Of a stretch of DNA of 64,000 bases, positions 12,379 through 27,300 are shown in pieces (positions within the stretch are counted from its first letter, which is position 1; every line of letters begins with the position of its first letter). This DNA is from Octopus sinensis (lineage: Eukaryota): NCBI RefSeq assembly GCF_006345805.1, contig NC_043003.1:83886001-83950000 (forward strand), given 5' to 3'. The notes beneath the pieces were generated by a model. It saw only the letters and a program-made list of their open reading frames with translations, did no database searches and was not told the origin of the DNA. The translations under genes and the position numbers were made by a program.

Positions 12379-15300
12379 ATATATATATATATATATATTA
12401 CAGACAAGAAAGTAAATTTCAAATGCAGTGTAACTATGAAACCAGCAGACAAAGATTGGGTATTTACCCTTATAAAACAAAGTTGCCAGCAGGTGGCTAC
12501 AAACACACACACACACAGACAGAGGCATTACATCATCGACATTATTAAATGTCCACCTAGCCATTGTGTTATGGATTGGATTGGTCAATATGAACCAGAA
12601 GACAGTGTCTGCTTTGGGATGGTTTCTACAGCTGGATGCCCTTCCTAACACCAACCACTTCACAGTGTGCACTGCATTAGGGTTAGGTTTTCACGGTGCC
12701 AGCACAGATGAGATTACAAAGTACCAGCGAGACAAGACCCTTCAACTAAATAGAGTATAGTACTAAGAGATAAGAAAGTAAGATATAGGGGGATAGGAAC
12801 AGGTGTCTTGATGAAGAGGTAAATACAAGGATTGTCCATCAGGAAAGAGAAAGATAGAGAGATGTGAGGTCAAAGTTCACGCTGAAAACAAAAGATGGAA
12901 TAGGGGATCTGTAGTTAAGTATGCTAGAGTGAGAATAATGTGACAGATGATTAGAGATAGGGAGTGAATTGGATGCTGAGAACATCAGTTCAGTAGATGG
13001 GAGGTGAAGTAAGGAAACAGGGTACTACAGAAAACTGACTGAAGAATGGGTATCAGAAGACGAGTTGTGGAGGAAAGCTTGACAGAACCTCAACTCTGCT
13101 GAGATGAATTGGTCTTCTTAAGCACAGCACAGGGCCATTCAACTCAATCATCCATCACCTCCTCCAAAAGCATCTTGAGGCCAGTTTTCACCACTTCATC
13201 TCACATTTTCCTGGCTCAACCTGTTGCACAGGCTCCTTCCATGTTTAGTAATTGGAACTTCTTTATACAGCTGTTCTCATCAGTTAACACCACTTGACCA
13301 TACCAGCACAATCTTCTCTCCTTCACAACCCATTTGATGCATCTTATACTCCATTTTTCTCTTAACACATATGTACTTTGTCATACAGCCATCAGACCAT
13401 GTTAGTTTAATTTCTTTCTAGTCTTTGCAGGTCTCCTGAATTCACAGCCCTAGTTTCACAACCTTGTCGCATTGCTATTTGTATACAGGCATCATATAAT
13501 CTGCCTCTCACTCTGAACTTTCTTCAGCTAGTTCTTATTTTAGCAACTATACTTTCATAAGATCCTCCTCAACTGTTAACTGGTCACAAAGGTAACAGAA
13601 ACTATCTACTACTTCTAGGGAGCCTCCTGTGCATTCCAGGACATCTATTTCCTGTGAACAAATATTCTTTATTGCTCCTGCACACATACCACTAATATAT
13701 TCTACTTTCTCCATTGACCTTCCCGTGATTTCACTGGACCTCTTATGAGGCAATAGTTTGCACTGAGGACACTGTATGGAATATCTACACATGAAGCAGG
13801 GCCATTTACCTGAGATGATTAGCGTTCTATTTGTCTACCTGCTTACTAGAACTTCAGTCTTTTGCTAAGTTAACTTTAAAATGCTCTGATTCCAGATTTT
13901 GCAACCACACCCGGAATTTCATTTTTAGTTCTACCAATTTCACTTATAAGAACAAGGGCACCAGCAAAGAGGAGCTCCTATGGGCAGCTGTTCTTAAATT
14001 CTTCTGTTATAGTCTGAAGGACTATGATAAAGAAGCAAGGATATAACCAAACTCTTACACATTAAGTTTATTGCTGCACTCATTAATTCTGAGTTAATGA
14101 TGCTGACAGCATCCCTGAATATGGTTCGAATGGTCCTCTCTAGCCATTCACCTACTCTTAGCTTCCACAGTAACCACTGGATGAAGAAGCAAGGTACTCT
14201 GTCAAAGGCTTTCTCCAGGTCTAAAAATGTTTAGTATGTATGTACACACACACAAAGGATAGTGATGTTCTTTTATAAGTTCACGAGTTGCAATGAAGCT
14301 GGGGCACTGTTTTCTAGGGTACAGTCCATTACATTGATCCTGCTATTTATTCTTACTGATCTTGGAAAGAAGAAAGACAATGCAAACCTGGGTAGAAGAT
14401 GAACTCCGAGCATAGAAGAACATAACCAAAAACCACAACATTCAAGCAATTCTACCAGTCTACATTTTTTATTAATAAAATACACAAATATTTTTTGAAT
14501 GATAATGAAACGTCAAGAAGGAAGAAAATATTTTCATATATGAATAATGAAATCAACTGTAATAATCTTATAAAATAACATATATGCAGTTGAACTATTA
14601 TTTATAGTTGAACTGACAAGCAAAATCATTTATAGAAGGACTTATTCACACATACTGTGATGCTTCTAAATTAATATTCTAAATGAATAACTCTCTGCCT
14701 GAAAAATGAAAAGTATGTAGTTGTCTGAATAAGCGATGAATACGATGATGTTGTGCTCAAATTTAATGCAATGTAAATTTACCTTTCTCCAAATCGGCAT
14801 GCACCAGTTTTGGCAAAAAACGAACAAACTTCAACGTCTCTCTTTTGGTGATGGTAGCTGATTGGAGCAAGTGGGTTGTGAGAACACTGCCCTCCCTATA
14901 AGATGGAGTTAGTGAATATTAAGAAATGTCAATAAGAAGAGAAAATAGAATCAGATAAATACAAAGAGTTATCTGCCCTTTGAAGGTGATGTGAATGAGA
15001 CATAAAACAAATACAAGAATTAGCGAACGTCATATACAGTAATCCCTCGCCTATCGCGGGTGTTACGTCCTAAAACCTCCCGTGATAGTTGAAAATCTGC
15101 AAAGTAGAAACAGTTCTGTACTGTATATATATATTTTTTATCACTTTTATAATTTGCATATATTTATTTTATTATAAATGCAAAACAACACCACTCACTT
15201 GCCTCCCGAGTTACGGTTTCCATACAGTATGTGCAATTCTTCGTTTACTCATCTACGGTACACTACAGATTTTCTTTTAATATATTATAATTAATGCGTT

Positions 15301-18300
15301 AACAGTACAGTACTGTAGCCTATTTTTATTTATTAATACATTAATTTTTTTGGCGTGAAAATGATTATTTTAGTGCTGAAATAATTAAAATCTAAAACAT
15401 TATAAATACCTATTGGCTGCAGAAACCCGCGATATAAATTTACATATATTATCCAGAAAAATCCGCGATGTACTGAGCGCATGATAGGTGAATCGTGATG
15501 TACTGAGTCCGTGATATGGTGAGGGATTACTATATTGCAAACAGTACACAACTTTTATTAAACATAAGTTTTATAATGTCAAGAAAATCTAAAAAGAGAC
15601 ATTTATTACTATTATTAGAATGAGTGGGTTTGCTCATGATGGTGTTAAGCATTTTGTCTGGCATGCTAACAATTCTGCCAGCTCATAACCTTCAGCCTCC
15701 TAAAATAATAATAATAATAATTCAAAAAACGTAAAATATGTTAGTTAATACTCACAGAATTTAGTGCCTGATTAATTGTTGCTTCTTTCAGTAGTGCTTC
15801 CTGCAATAGTGAATTGGGTGTCAGAAATAGGAATAATTGTCTAGGATAGCAGTATTAGGTGAACAATGCTGGTATCATTGTGCCTGTATGCATATGTGTG
15901 TATATATAGATATATACACACACACATACATATGAATTGCATATGGAAACAGAAGGCCTGCAAATACTTGAAACATGAGTTAAGGTAACAATCCAAGTTT
16001 AGCTTTCATAATATATTGAGTTAATAGAAAGAAATTGTAGAAATGCATGGAGTTAATTTGAACAGAAATTTTAACAGTTTATTTATTGAAAAGGAAAAGG
16101 AGAAAACAAAGAAGGGTCTACACCCCAAAACATTGGGGTTAATATACATTTCTTTATTGCCCACAAAGGGATTGAGGTGATTTCATTGACCTCAGTGTGT
16201 AAGTGGTATTTATTTAATTGACCCCGAAAAGACGAAAAGCAAAGTCGACCTCGACGGAATTTGAACTCAGAACATAAAGGCAGATGAAATGCCGCTAAGC
16301 ATTTTGCCTGGCATGCTAATGATTCTGCCAGCTCGCCGCCCTCAATTGGGGTTAATATTGTCATTGTACAACTAAACTAGTGGCGATATAGTAGAGGCAG
16401 GGTGGGTGTTAGATGAATAGGTTCAAGAAGAACATTAATGACATCAATCTAGGAGAGCCTGCAAGGCCATAGGCATTGCCCCTTCCTCCAGTACTATTGA
16501 ACAAAAAAACGAAAGTTCTGATGGTGAAGGGCTGGGTAAAGTACTCACTCTAGTGTTTGTAATGTGTGTGAGGGTGTGGGGTGGATGGGGGGAATGTAGA
16601 GCAACAAACAGTAAGAACGATGTAAGCAGAGCTGTCTTAAGACATAGGCACACTGTGTAGTTGCCCAGGGGCCTAATGTGTCTAGGAACCTAGTTCTGAT
16701 CTACGTATGCTTGGCTTGCTGTCAATACATAAATACTCTAGGGCTCAGCACACTGATTTGTCTGGGGAAATCTATAATACTGCTGAGATGGCCCTCAGTG
16801 TGAGGAGAAAAAAAGCCGGTGAAACAAGTGGGTTTAATTTGAAAAAAAAAAAAAAAGCTGTCTATCAGCAGGATTGATAGTAAAACTACCCAACAGACAG
16901 ACAAATAATACAGGGTTCAATTCCACTGCAAGGCACCGTGGGCAAGTGTTTTCTCCAGCTTTGGGAGAGAAATTTAGAAGATAGAAGCAGAGGAGAATGC
17001 AGTTGGATGTGAACCAACAAAGGAGCATCTATGTAGTAATTCGATCTGCTAGAAACAGCAGCTAAATCTACCTCAACTCACACTGCTGTCTTAAACAATA
17101 AAAGGACATGTTAAATAACATAGTCCTTCATATGCTTAAAAAGGAGGTGGAATACCTTTAAGCATATGTCTGTTCACTTAAGGTTGACCAAACTGAAGCT
17201 ACACATCTAACCACTTATTCCCCTCTTGCTATCCACCACACTCTCAGCCCTATCATATCTAGTTCCGAAATCACATTAAAAATCACCCAATACATTATGT
17301 TAAGTGTGAAACTGGGAGATCTCTTTAAAATTATTGAAGGCATGACAATTTTCCTAGCACTGCTGCCACTGTTAAGGTCACTCCCTCTGATGAAGAGAAT
17401 TTATTTTTAACTACCCACAAGGGGCTAAACACAGAGAGGACAAACAAGAACAGACAAACGGATTAAATCAATTACATCGACCCCAGGTGTAACTGGTACT
17501 TAATTTATTGACCCCGAAAGGATGAAAGGCAAAGTCGACCTCGGCGGAATTTGAACTCAGAACATAACGGCAGACGAAATACGGCTACGCATTTCGCCCG
17601 GCATGCTAACGTTTCCGCCAGCTCGCTGATGAAGAGAATTGACCTGCAAGAGTCCTGTGGTGGTACCATGTTAAAAGCACCCAGCACACACTGTGAAGTG
17701 GGTGGCATTAGGAAGGGTAATTAGCTGTAGAAACCAAACCAAATCAGACAGGAATCTAGTGCAACTCTTCGGCTTGCTAGCTCAGGTCAAACCATCTAAC
17801 CCATTCCAGCATGGAAAATGGGTGTTAAATGATGATGATGATGATGAATATTTCCAGATTCAATTTATTCATAAATAAATGTCCAAGTGGATATGCAGTT
17901 GGATCAAACCTTGAACTATATAGTTACAAAACAAACTTCTTAAGCACCAGCTATGTCTTCATTCAGAAGAATAAGCCATACTTGAGTAAAAACTTACTCT
18001 AGATACACTCAGTACATAATTCTATCAATTCTGTACCAAACATTTTAATATCATCCACTATATATAACAAGCATTGTCCCACAAAAGGTTTATTCTTTTA
18101 TTTGCTTCAGTCATTAGACTGTGGCCATGCTGGGGCACTGCCTCGAAGAATTTAAGTCAAATGAATCAATCCCAGGACTTTTTTATTTATTTTTTTAAGC
18201 CTGGTACTTATTCTATTAGTCTCTTTTGCCAAACTGCAAAGTCACAAGGGATGTAGTTACATCAACACCAGTTGTCAAGTGGTGTAGGGGACAAACACAG

Positions 18301-21300
18301 ACATGCACCCACCCACCCACACATATATATATATATATATAGAGAGAGAAAGAGTATATAAGGAGTTTTTGTCAACTGATGTGAAGTAACACGTCTCTCT
18401 GACTCCTCCTTCACTGATAACAGGTTACTCAGCTTATGCAATCCTTACTCAATATCGCGATCCACAGACTCTATATGTTTATATTCTCTATTTAAATTAA
18501 ATGTCTTTTACAAATGATGCCAAACATTTTGCTAGTTCATTCTTACCTTAATCTATCTATCTCTCTATCTAGATCTATATCTATCTATCAGTTCCCACCA
18601 ACCAAATCCACTCACAAGACTTTGATCAGCCTGAGGTTACAGTAGAAGACACTTGCTTAAAGTGTCATGCAGTAGGACTGAACCCAGAACCATGTGGTTG
18701 GGAAGCAAGCAGCTTAGCACACAACCACTCCTGTGCCTAGGAAAGTTTTTTGACAATTTACAAATTAAAACATCTATTTAATTTTACAAGTAAAAATCCA
18801 TAAAATTCAAAAAATATAAAATGATTACACACACAGAGACACATACATAAATATATACATCATCATCATCATCATTTAGCGTCCGTTTTCCATGCTAGCA
18901 TGGGTTGGACGGTTTAACTGGGGTCTATGAAGCCGGAAGGCTTCATCAGGCACAGTCAGATTTGGCAGTGTTTCTACAGCTTGATGCCCTTCCTAACGCC
19001 AACCACTCCTCGAGCGTAGTGGGTGTTTTTTACGTGCCACCTGCACATATATATATATGTATGATGTATATAAATATATATCTATATATCAATATGAAAC
19101 AAAAAGATAAACAGACATAAAATAAATAAAAGATAAATAGAAAGATATAAAATAAAAAGATACAGTTCATCAACAAAGTGTTGCTGCATGAAATCCAGCT
19201 TGTGAAATAGTTAAGGAATGAATTTTAAAAGGCAAAATAGTGCTGAAAGAAAGCATTAGTTTAAAACAGGTTGTTGTTTCCAACAGTTCACACAGTATAT
19301 TTTGAATCTTAAATAATAGGTTAATAACACAGGAAATATGAAGAAAAAGAAAGAAAAAAAATTTTTCAACTTTGATCAAACTGAAACGAAAATCAACTAA
19401 TTGTGAAGCAATCAAGAAATGTTACTGATGTAGTTTGAGAGAATTACGGTTAGTGGGTCTCACAAAATCACATGACAGACATGTATGTGAGTATGTATAT
19501 GTACACCCACAGCCACGGTGATAGCTTAGGAGTGAAATTTAGGATTTCTCGGTTTTCTGTGAATCAATTTTGATAAAATGTTTCCCAGCTGGTTTGCACA
19601 ATATGGCAACACCATTATGTTGTTTCCATTATTCTGTGTAATGTTCTTTCTTTTTTATTTCAGATTCTTTAGTTTTTGGGTGAACCATACTAATAGCTTT
19701 TGAAAGAAAACAGCCCATCTAGACATTTTTTCAGAAAATGAAGGGTAATGATACATATTAAACATACATTGAGTATATATTTAACAGAAAACCATAATAA
19801 TGTTATAACACTTATTGACATAATGAATTATTTAGCCACATAAGCACAATTTTGGCAGATAACTTCAAAAACCCTATTAGTTATGGAATCTGTCAATTTT
19901 TTATAATCTATTAGCATGGTTCTGGGTGTATATATAAATCATCATCATTTAGTATCTGCTTTCCATGCTGGCATGGGTTAGATGGTTTGACTGGAACTCG
20001 TAAGCTGGAGTTCCAGTCTGATTATATATGTGTGTGTGTGTATAAATACATATATATAAAAACTGGCACTCTGTTGGTTATGACAAGGGTTCCAGTTGAA
20101 TGGCCTACTTGTGGCATTAACATGAGAGTGGCTGAGCACTCCACAGACATGCATACCCTTAACATAGTTCTCAGGGTGATTCAGTGTGATACATAATGTG
20201 ACAAGGCTGGTCCTTCTGAATTACAGGTACTACTCATTACTGTCAGCTGAGTGGACTACAGCAACCTGAAATAAAGTGTATTGCTCAAGGACACAATGCC
20301 AGAATGGAAAACTGATGATGATGATGACGACAGCGACATATATATAAAATTCTTTCTAATTTTGGCACAAAGTCAGCAATCTTGAGGAGTGACAAAGTCA
20401 ACCAAATCAACCCCCAGAGCTAAACTGGTACACCACAAAAGGATTTAAGATAAAGTTGGCCTCAACAGCATTTAAAATCAGAATATCAAGGGCTGGCAGA
20501 AATGCCACTAAGCATCTTGTCTGGTGTGACACCAATTCTTCCAGTTCTCCACCTTATACTTGTAAATATAATCATCATTAATTACCCGTAGGGACACCGT
20601 ATTTCATTATGCAACCACAATATACTACAAAGTGTATCAAACATTTTTATAAGCCAATACTGCATTCTACTGTGTTAGCAGTGCTATCAAATCACATGTT
20701 AAGGTGTTAGTAGTGCTTTTAATCACATGTTTATTATTAGCAGTGCTATTAAATCATATGTTAACATGTGTCAATCATTATTGTTTTATATCTGCTTTCC
20801 ATGTGGGCAAGTGTAGGATGGTTGGTCATAGTCAGAGTCAGCATGTATTCCAGAGCTACTGTTCACCTAGACAGTTTGGGAGTCCTCATTTCTTTCGTGT
20901 TAATTTTTGGTTTGATTTCTATACTTGGATGCTTTTCCTAAAACCACATAGTGTACTCGAAGCTTTTTCTTTTTTTTTGTGGCACCAACACTACAGAAGT
21001 GTCATGCCCTCAACAAAACTAAAGGTTCCTGAGATCTTCATACTTGACAAAGTGTATACTGACACTCTTATCAGTTATGACAATAAGGGTTCCAGTTGAT
21101 TTGATCAACAGAACAACCTGCTGGTCAAATTAATGTGCAAGTGACTGAGCACTCCACAGACTCGCATATCCTTAACATAGCTCTCAGGGAGATTCAGCAT
21201 GACGCATCAAATGTGACAAGGCAGGTCCTTTGAAATACAGATACAATTCATTTTTGCCAGCTGAGTGGACTGGAGTAATGTGATATAAAGTGTCGCACTC

Positions 21301-24300
21301 AAAAACAGTGTGCTGCTGGGAATTGAACTCATGACCATACAATGGTGAGCTGAATACTTTAACCACTTATTGATGCGGCTTTGCCTGACAGAGTGCACTG
21401 AATGCATTTTCCTCAATGGTTGCAATGTCCTTACAACTTCACTCTCTGCTTGCTCATCTACCTCTTTACAGAGTGAGAGGCATGAATAATAAAGGGATTG
21501 CCACCACCCCCTGCCAGAGCCTCGTGGAGCTTTAGCTGTTTTCGCTCAATAAACACTCACAATGCCTGCTCTGGAAATCGAAACCATGATCCTACGACCG
21601 ATAGAATAAGTACTAAGCTTACAAAGAATAAGTCGTGAGGTCAATTTGCTCAACTAAAGGTGGTGCTCTAGCATGGCTGCATTCAAATGACGGAAACGAA
21701 TAAAAGAATATATATACATACACATACATACAAAATGAAATAAATATGTATGGAAGAACATTTAGGATATAATTGGATGTACTCGTCCAAAGTCACCTGT
21801 TTCTCTTTTTTTGCTTTTTCAACTGATTCTAATTTTTCTCTCTCTTCTGTTTCTTTCCTCTCTTGTTCTTCCCATTCTTCTCTGATTCGTCTCTAGAATT
21901 TAAAAGAAAATGAAAAAGAAATAGAAAAAGAATTGGAAAATTGACATTGGCAGGAGACAAATTTTTCGTCTCTAGAATTTAAAAGAAAATGAAAAAGAAA
22001 TAGAAAAAGAATTGGAAAATTGACATTGGCAGGAGACAAATTTAATGTGGAGATGTACAGATAATTAAATAAACCCTGGTACATTACTGATATTTATCAA
22101 ACTGAACTGAAGATAATTTTGGACCCTTACCATTTCTACTACTCTACCTTCCATACAATAATAATAATCCTTTTTACTATAGGCACAAGGCCTGAAATTT
22201 TAGGGGAAGGGGTCAGTCAATTAGATCAACCCCAGTATGCAACAGGTACTTAATTTATCACCCCCAAAAGGATGAAAGGTAAAGTCGACCTTGGCGGAAT
22301 TTGAACTCAGAACATAAAGACAAGCAGAATGCCACTAAGCATTTTGTCCAGTGTGCTAACGACTGTGCCAGCTCACCGTCTTACTGCTACTACTACTACT
22401 AATAATAATAATCCTTTCTGCTTTAGGCACGATACCTGAACTTCAGGGGCAAGTTGATTATACTGACCCCTGGCTCACCTGTTGAAGACAATGTTTGAGT
22501 GTTCAGCTTCTGCCGAACGACCTCCACAAAATAACTTGTTTATGGGATCAAGTGTTCATGCTGCACATTAGCTCACTCCCAACCCCATCGAATCAATGTT
22601 ACCTGAACAGGTGCACAGTGTACCACGTGTCAGGTGTCAAAGTGATCGCAGAGCAATGTAAGATGAAGTGCTTTGCTCAAGAACACAAAGCATCACCCAG
22701 TCTAGGAATTGAAACCACAATCTCATGACCATGAGTGCAATATCCTAAACACTAGGCCATGTGTTAAGGGTTTCAAATTCTGGCAGAGGACTAGCAGTTT
22801 TTGAGGGGAGAAGAAATTTAATTACATTGATGCTAGAACTTGAGTGGGTGGGGGTTACTTGATTATATCAACTCCAGCTCAACAGGTGTTTTATGGATCA
22901 TGGACTGTTTATTGAACATGGAGGGATAAAAATCAAAGTTGAATCCAGAGTGATTTGAACTGAGAAAACCAAGAGCCAGAACAAACACGACAAAGCATTT
23001 TTTCTGATGCTCTAATGATTCTACCAGCTTGTAACCTTCTTAATAATAATAATAATAATAATGATGATGATGATGATGAGGAGGATTTCAAATTTTGGCA
23101 TACAACCAGCAATTTCGGGGGAGGGGATGAGTGAAATACATTGACCCCAGTACTCAGCTGGTACTTATTTTATCAACCCAAAAAGGATGGAAAGCAAAAT
23201 GGACCTTGGTGGAATTTAAACTCAGAACATAAAGGTTTCAGATTTTGGCACAAGGCCAGCAATTTTGTGGGAAGGGGTTAATTTGATTACATTGACCTGG
23301 TCCTTATTTTATTGACCCTGAAAGGATGAAAGATAAAATCGACCTTGGCGGAATTTGAAAGACAGATGAACTAAAAATAATAATAATAAAGCTAAAGTCA
23401 AGATCAAATAAATAGTGCATGGGTTAAATTGGCAAAAGATGACCATCCCCACATATAACAATATCTGTTTCAACACACATTTCCACAGCAAGAATATTGC
23501 AGAACAAATACGTAGATGTTTGATAAATGGTTTCTAATTTAGATACAAAACCAGCAATTTTTGAGGATAGGGGTTAGTCAATTCCATTGACACTAGTACT
23601 AGACAACTACTTTATTTTATTGACCCCCAAAAAGATGAAAGGGAAAGTTGACCTTGGTGGGATTTGAACTCAAACTATAAAGGGCCAGAATATAAGCACA
23701 TCAAAGCATTTTATCTGACTCTTTAACCATCGTGCCAATCTACAATCCATAATAATAATCATTTCAAACACCCTCTCTCTCAGGTGAGACATCCTTGTCT
23801 TGCAAGCCACTCAGTGACCTCATGGGTGCTGGTGCCTGCTGAAACGCACCATGCTGAAGCCATGAGACACTCATGCCGGTGCCATGTAATAAGCACACAT
23901 GCTGGTGCCATGTAAAAAGCATCTGTGCCTGTGCCACGTGCCAGTTCTGCATAAAAAGGACCCATGCTGGCACCACAAGAAGGCACCCAATACAATCAGT
24001 AAAATAGTTGGCATTAAGAAGGGCATCCAACCATAGAAACTATACAAGGCGGCGAGCTGGCAGAAACGTCAGCACACCGGGTGAACTGCTTAGTGGTATT
24101 TCGTCTGCCGTTTCGTTCTGAGTTCAAATTCCACTGAGGTCGACTTTGCCTTTCATCCTTCCGGGGTCGATAAATTAAGTACCAGTTACACACTGGGATC
24201 CATGCAATCAACTCAATCCCTTTGCCTGCCCTTGTTTGTCCCCTTTATGTTTAGCCCCTTGTGAGCAGTAAAGAAATAAGAAACTATATCAAAACACAAC

Positions 24301-27300
24301 TGGTGCCTGGTACAATCATTCAGCTTTCCAGCACCTGTTGAACAGTCCAACCCAAGCCAGCATGGGAAATGGACACTAAATGATGATGACGATGATGATG
24401 ATGCACACGGCCAGCAATTTTGAGGGGCAGGGTTAGTTGATTAAATCAACCCCACAACTTGACTGGAACACTACCGGTCCAAGAGGAATGACAGGTGAAG
24501 TTAACCTCAGCAGGATTTGAACTAAGAATGTAAAAAACTGGAACAAATACTGCAGGGAAGTATTTAATGTCTGGTACTTCATTGGTTCTGACGATGAAAC
24601 TAACGTGCAAGTGGCTGAGTACTCTACTAACGCACGTAGCCTTAATGTAGTTCTCAAGGAGATCCAGTGTGACACAGAATGTGACAAGGTTGGCCCCTTT
24701 CAAATACAGGTACTACTTATTTTTTCCAGCTACGTGGACTAGAGCAACATGGAATAAAGAGTCTTGCTCAAGGATATATTGCACCACCAGGAATCGAACT
24801 CATGACCTTACAATTGTGAGTTGATTAGTCTAACCACTAAGCCATGTATCTTCACAGTATTTAATATAATAACAGAGTTATTATATTAAAATATAATAAC
24901 AGAGTTATCATCATCATCATCATCATCATCGTTTAACGTCCGTTCTCCATGCCAGCATGGGTTGGACGGTTCGACCGGGGATCTGGGAAGCCAGAAGGCT
25001 GCACCAGGCTCCGGTCTTATCTGGCAAAGTTTCTACAGCTGGATGCCCTTCCTAACGCCAACCACTCCGTGAGTGTAGTGGGTGCTTTTTACGTGCCAGG
25101 CGAGGCTGGCATCGGCCACGGTCGGATTGGTGCATATTAAAATATAATAACAGAGTTATTATATTAACATAGGAAAATAAAATATTATTGAATTTTGAGA
25201 TACCCACATCCTGTTCTTCTCGACGTTTTCTTTCTTGTTCTTCATGCTGTTTCTGAAGTTCCCATTCCTTCTGAGCCTGTCTTTCTCGTTCTAACCAGCG
25301 TGCATGTTCCACCATCTGTAGTTGCACTTCTTTGTCTCTTGCTTGTTCAGAAATGTCATTGTCAGAGCTACTTTTATCACAGGTTTCTGAAAAAACAAAA
25401 AAAAAAATGTAAAGTATAGAAGCCATCTTATCATGGCTAACCACATTGGGGAGGGGGTGTTACTGTAGCTTTATAGCCCCAAGAGATCGTCGTCTCTAGC
25501 TGGCTTAGACACAATATCAGTGTCTTGGAGTATTTGCAAAGGGAGGCCATCCTTCCTCACAAGCCTGAGTGATACGCTCGAACTAGTTTCGGGATTGTTG
25601 TCCCTCGTCAAAAAAAGAAAAGTAATAGGTGCAGATATGGCTGAGTGATTAAGAAATTTACTTTCTAACCACACAGTTTTGAATTCAGTTCCACAGCATA
25701 GCACTTCGGGGAAGTGTCTTCAACTATAGCTTTGAACCAACCAAAGCCTTATGAATGGATTTTGTAGATGGAAACTGAAAGCAGCTTGTCATATACATGT
25801 GTGCGTGAGTATGTGCATGTTTGTGTTTCTTTGTCTCAATAGCACATAATAGTTGTAAACGAGTGTCATTCATTTTCAATCTCTCATAAAAACATGTCTG
25901 GTCTCATTTGGAAACAGGTATGGGTTGGTAACACGAAGGGCATCTAACTGTAGACAATCTGCCTAAATAGACTCTGTCTATCCCCTGCAAGCGTGGAAAA
26001 GTGGATATTCACCCTTAAGTATTTAAATCAGCTATATCCAGCTCAAATAGTCTACCTATTTTGAGTTCAAACCAGCTAGACCTGGCCTCTCGTACCTACC
26101 TTACAATATCATTCTAAAAGTAATTAATCACATCACTGAAATCTCAAAGCTACAAGAAAATGTATGGTTAATTCAAAACAATGTAAATAAGCATTATATT
26201 TGAGAGAATAATTAGAATGCTAAAGGGTTACAATGATGATCATCTCAATCAACTTCTTTTCTTCTTCCATTGACTACACAACTTGTACATATATATACCA
26301 CAATGGTCTCATCACAACCTCTTAATTATAAGATTTGCCCAGAAGTGCCCATTGTTGTCTTTCAAAGCTGATTATACCTCGGGTTGCAGCTCCATAACAG
26401 TGGGGGTTTGCATCTCAACCACCCTTACTGAGCATAATCAGCATTAACCCTTTTGTTACCATATTTTTGGAGAAATACACTGCAGAGTCAAGACTATCGA
26501 AAAGGTTGCAAGACGCAACGAAAATTTTAGGAAAATAAAAATAAGAAATAAGTGGAAATTTTACCGGTGAGTGTGTTACATTATAAGGCACAAAAAGAAA
26601 ACGACTCTCCCCAGACACAACAGAATACACTGCTTTGTTTCAATTCATTTTTAAAATAATGACAAATTTAGTGAAATGACTTAGTCATTGCTAAGCTGGT
26701 GTGTGGAACATAAACTAACATGAAGTTTTGACAAGGATTTAATTTAGATCACTTTAGCACAAAGAATTTTTATCAGAGAACCAAGGATGGTATCAAGCAG
26801 AGTTACTATCAAAAGGATTAACAAGATTTGTGCAGGATTCTCAATCAGTCTTTTGCTGATAAAAGGCTGGGAGATGTTGAAATCATCATCTCCATTGCCA
26901 GTACCGCCTGACTGGCCCCCGTGCTGTGGCACGTAAAAGGGCACCATTCGAGCGTGATCGTTACCAACGTCGCCTTACTGGCACCTGTGCTGGTGGCAAG
27001 TGTAAAAAGATTTGAGCGAGGTCATTGCCAGTACCACCTGACTGGCCCCTGTGCTGGTGGCACGTAAAAAGCACCCACTACACTCTCGGAGTGGTTGGCG
27101 TTAGGAAGGGCATCCAGCTGTAGAAACTCTGCCATATCAAGACTGGAGCCTGGTGCAGCCATCTGGTTCGCAAGTCCTCAGTCAAAATCGTCCAACCCAT
27201 GCTATCATGGAAAGCAGACGTTAAACGATGATGATCATCATCATCATTGTCATCCTTTCATATCTATTTTCTATGCTGGCTTGGGTTTGTTGGTTTGACC

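Noticed and set aside
19165-19200. Possible small exon LDFMQQHFVDE
   Set aside because: Weak donor, length not a multiple of 3, no similarity to ZRSR2.
21434-21470. Possible small exon VDEQAESEV with a GTAAGG donor
   Set aside because: Poor acceptor and next to a SINE end. The exon at 15756-15800 fits better in sequence and splice signals.
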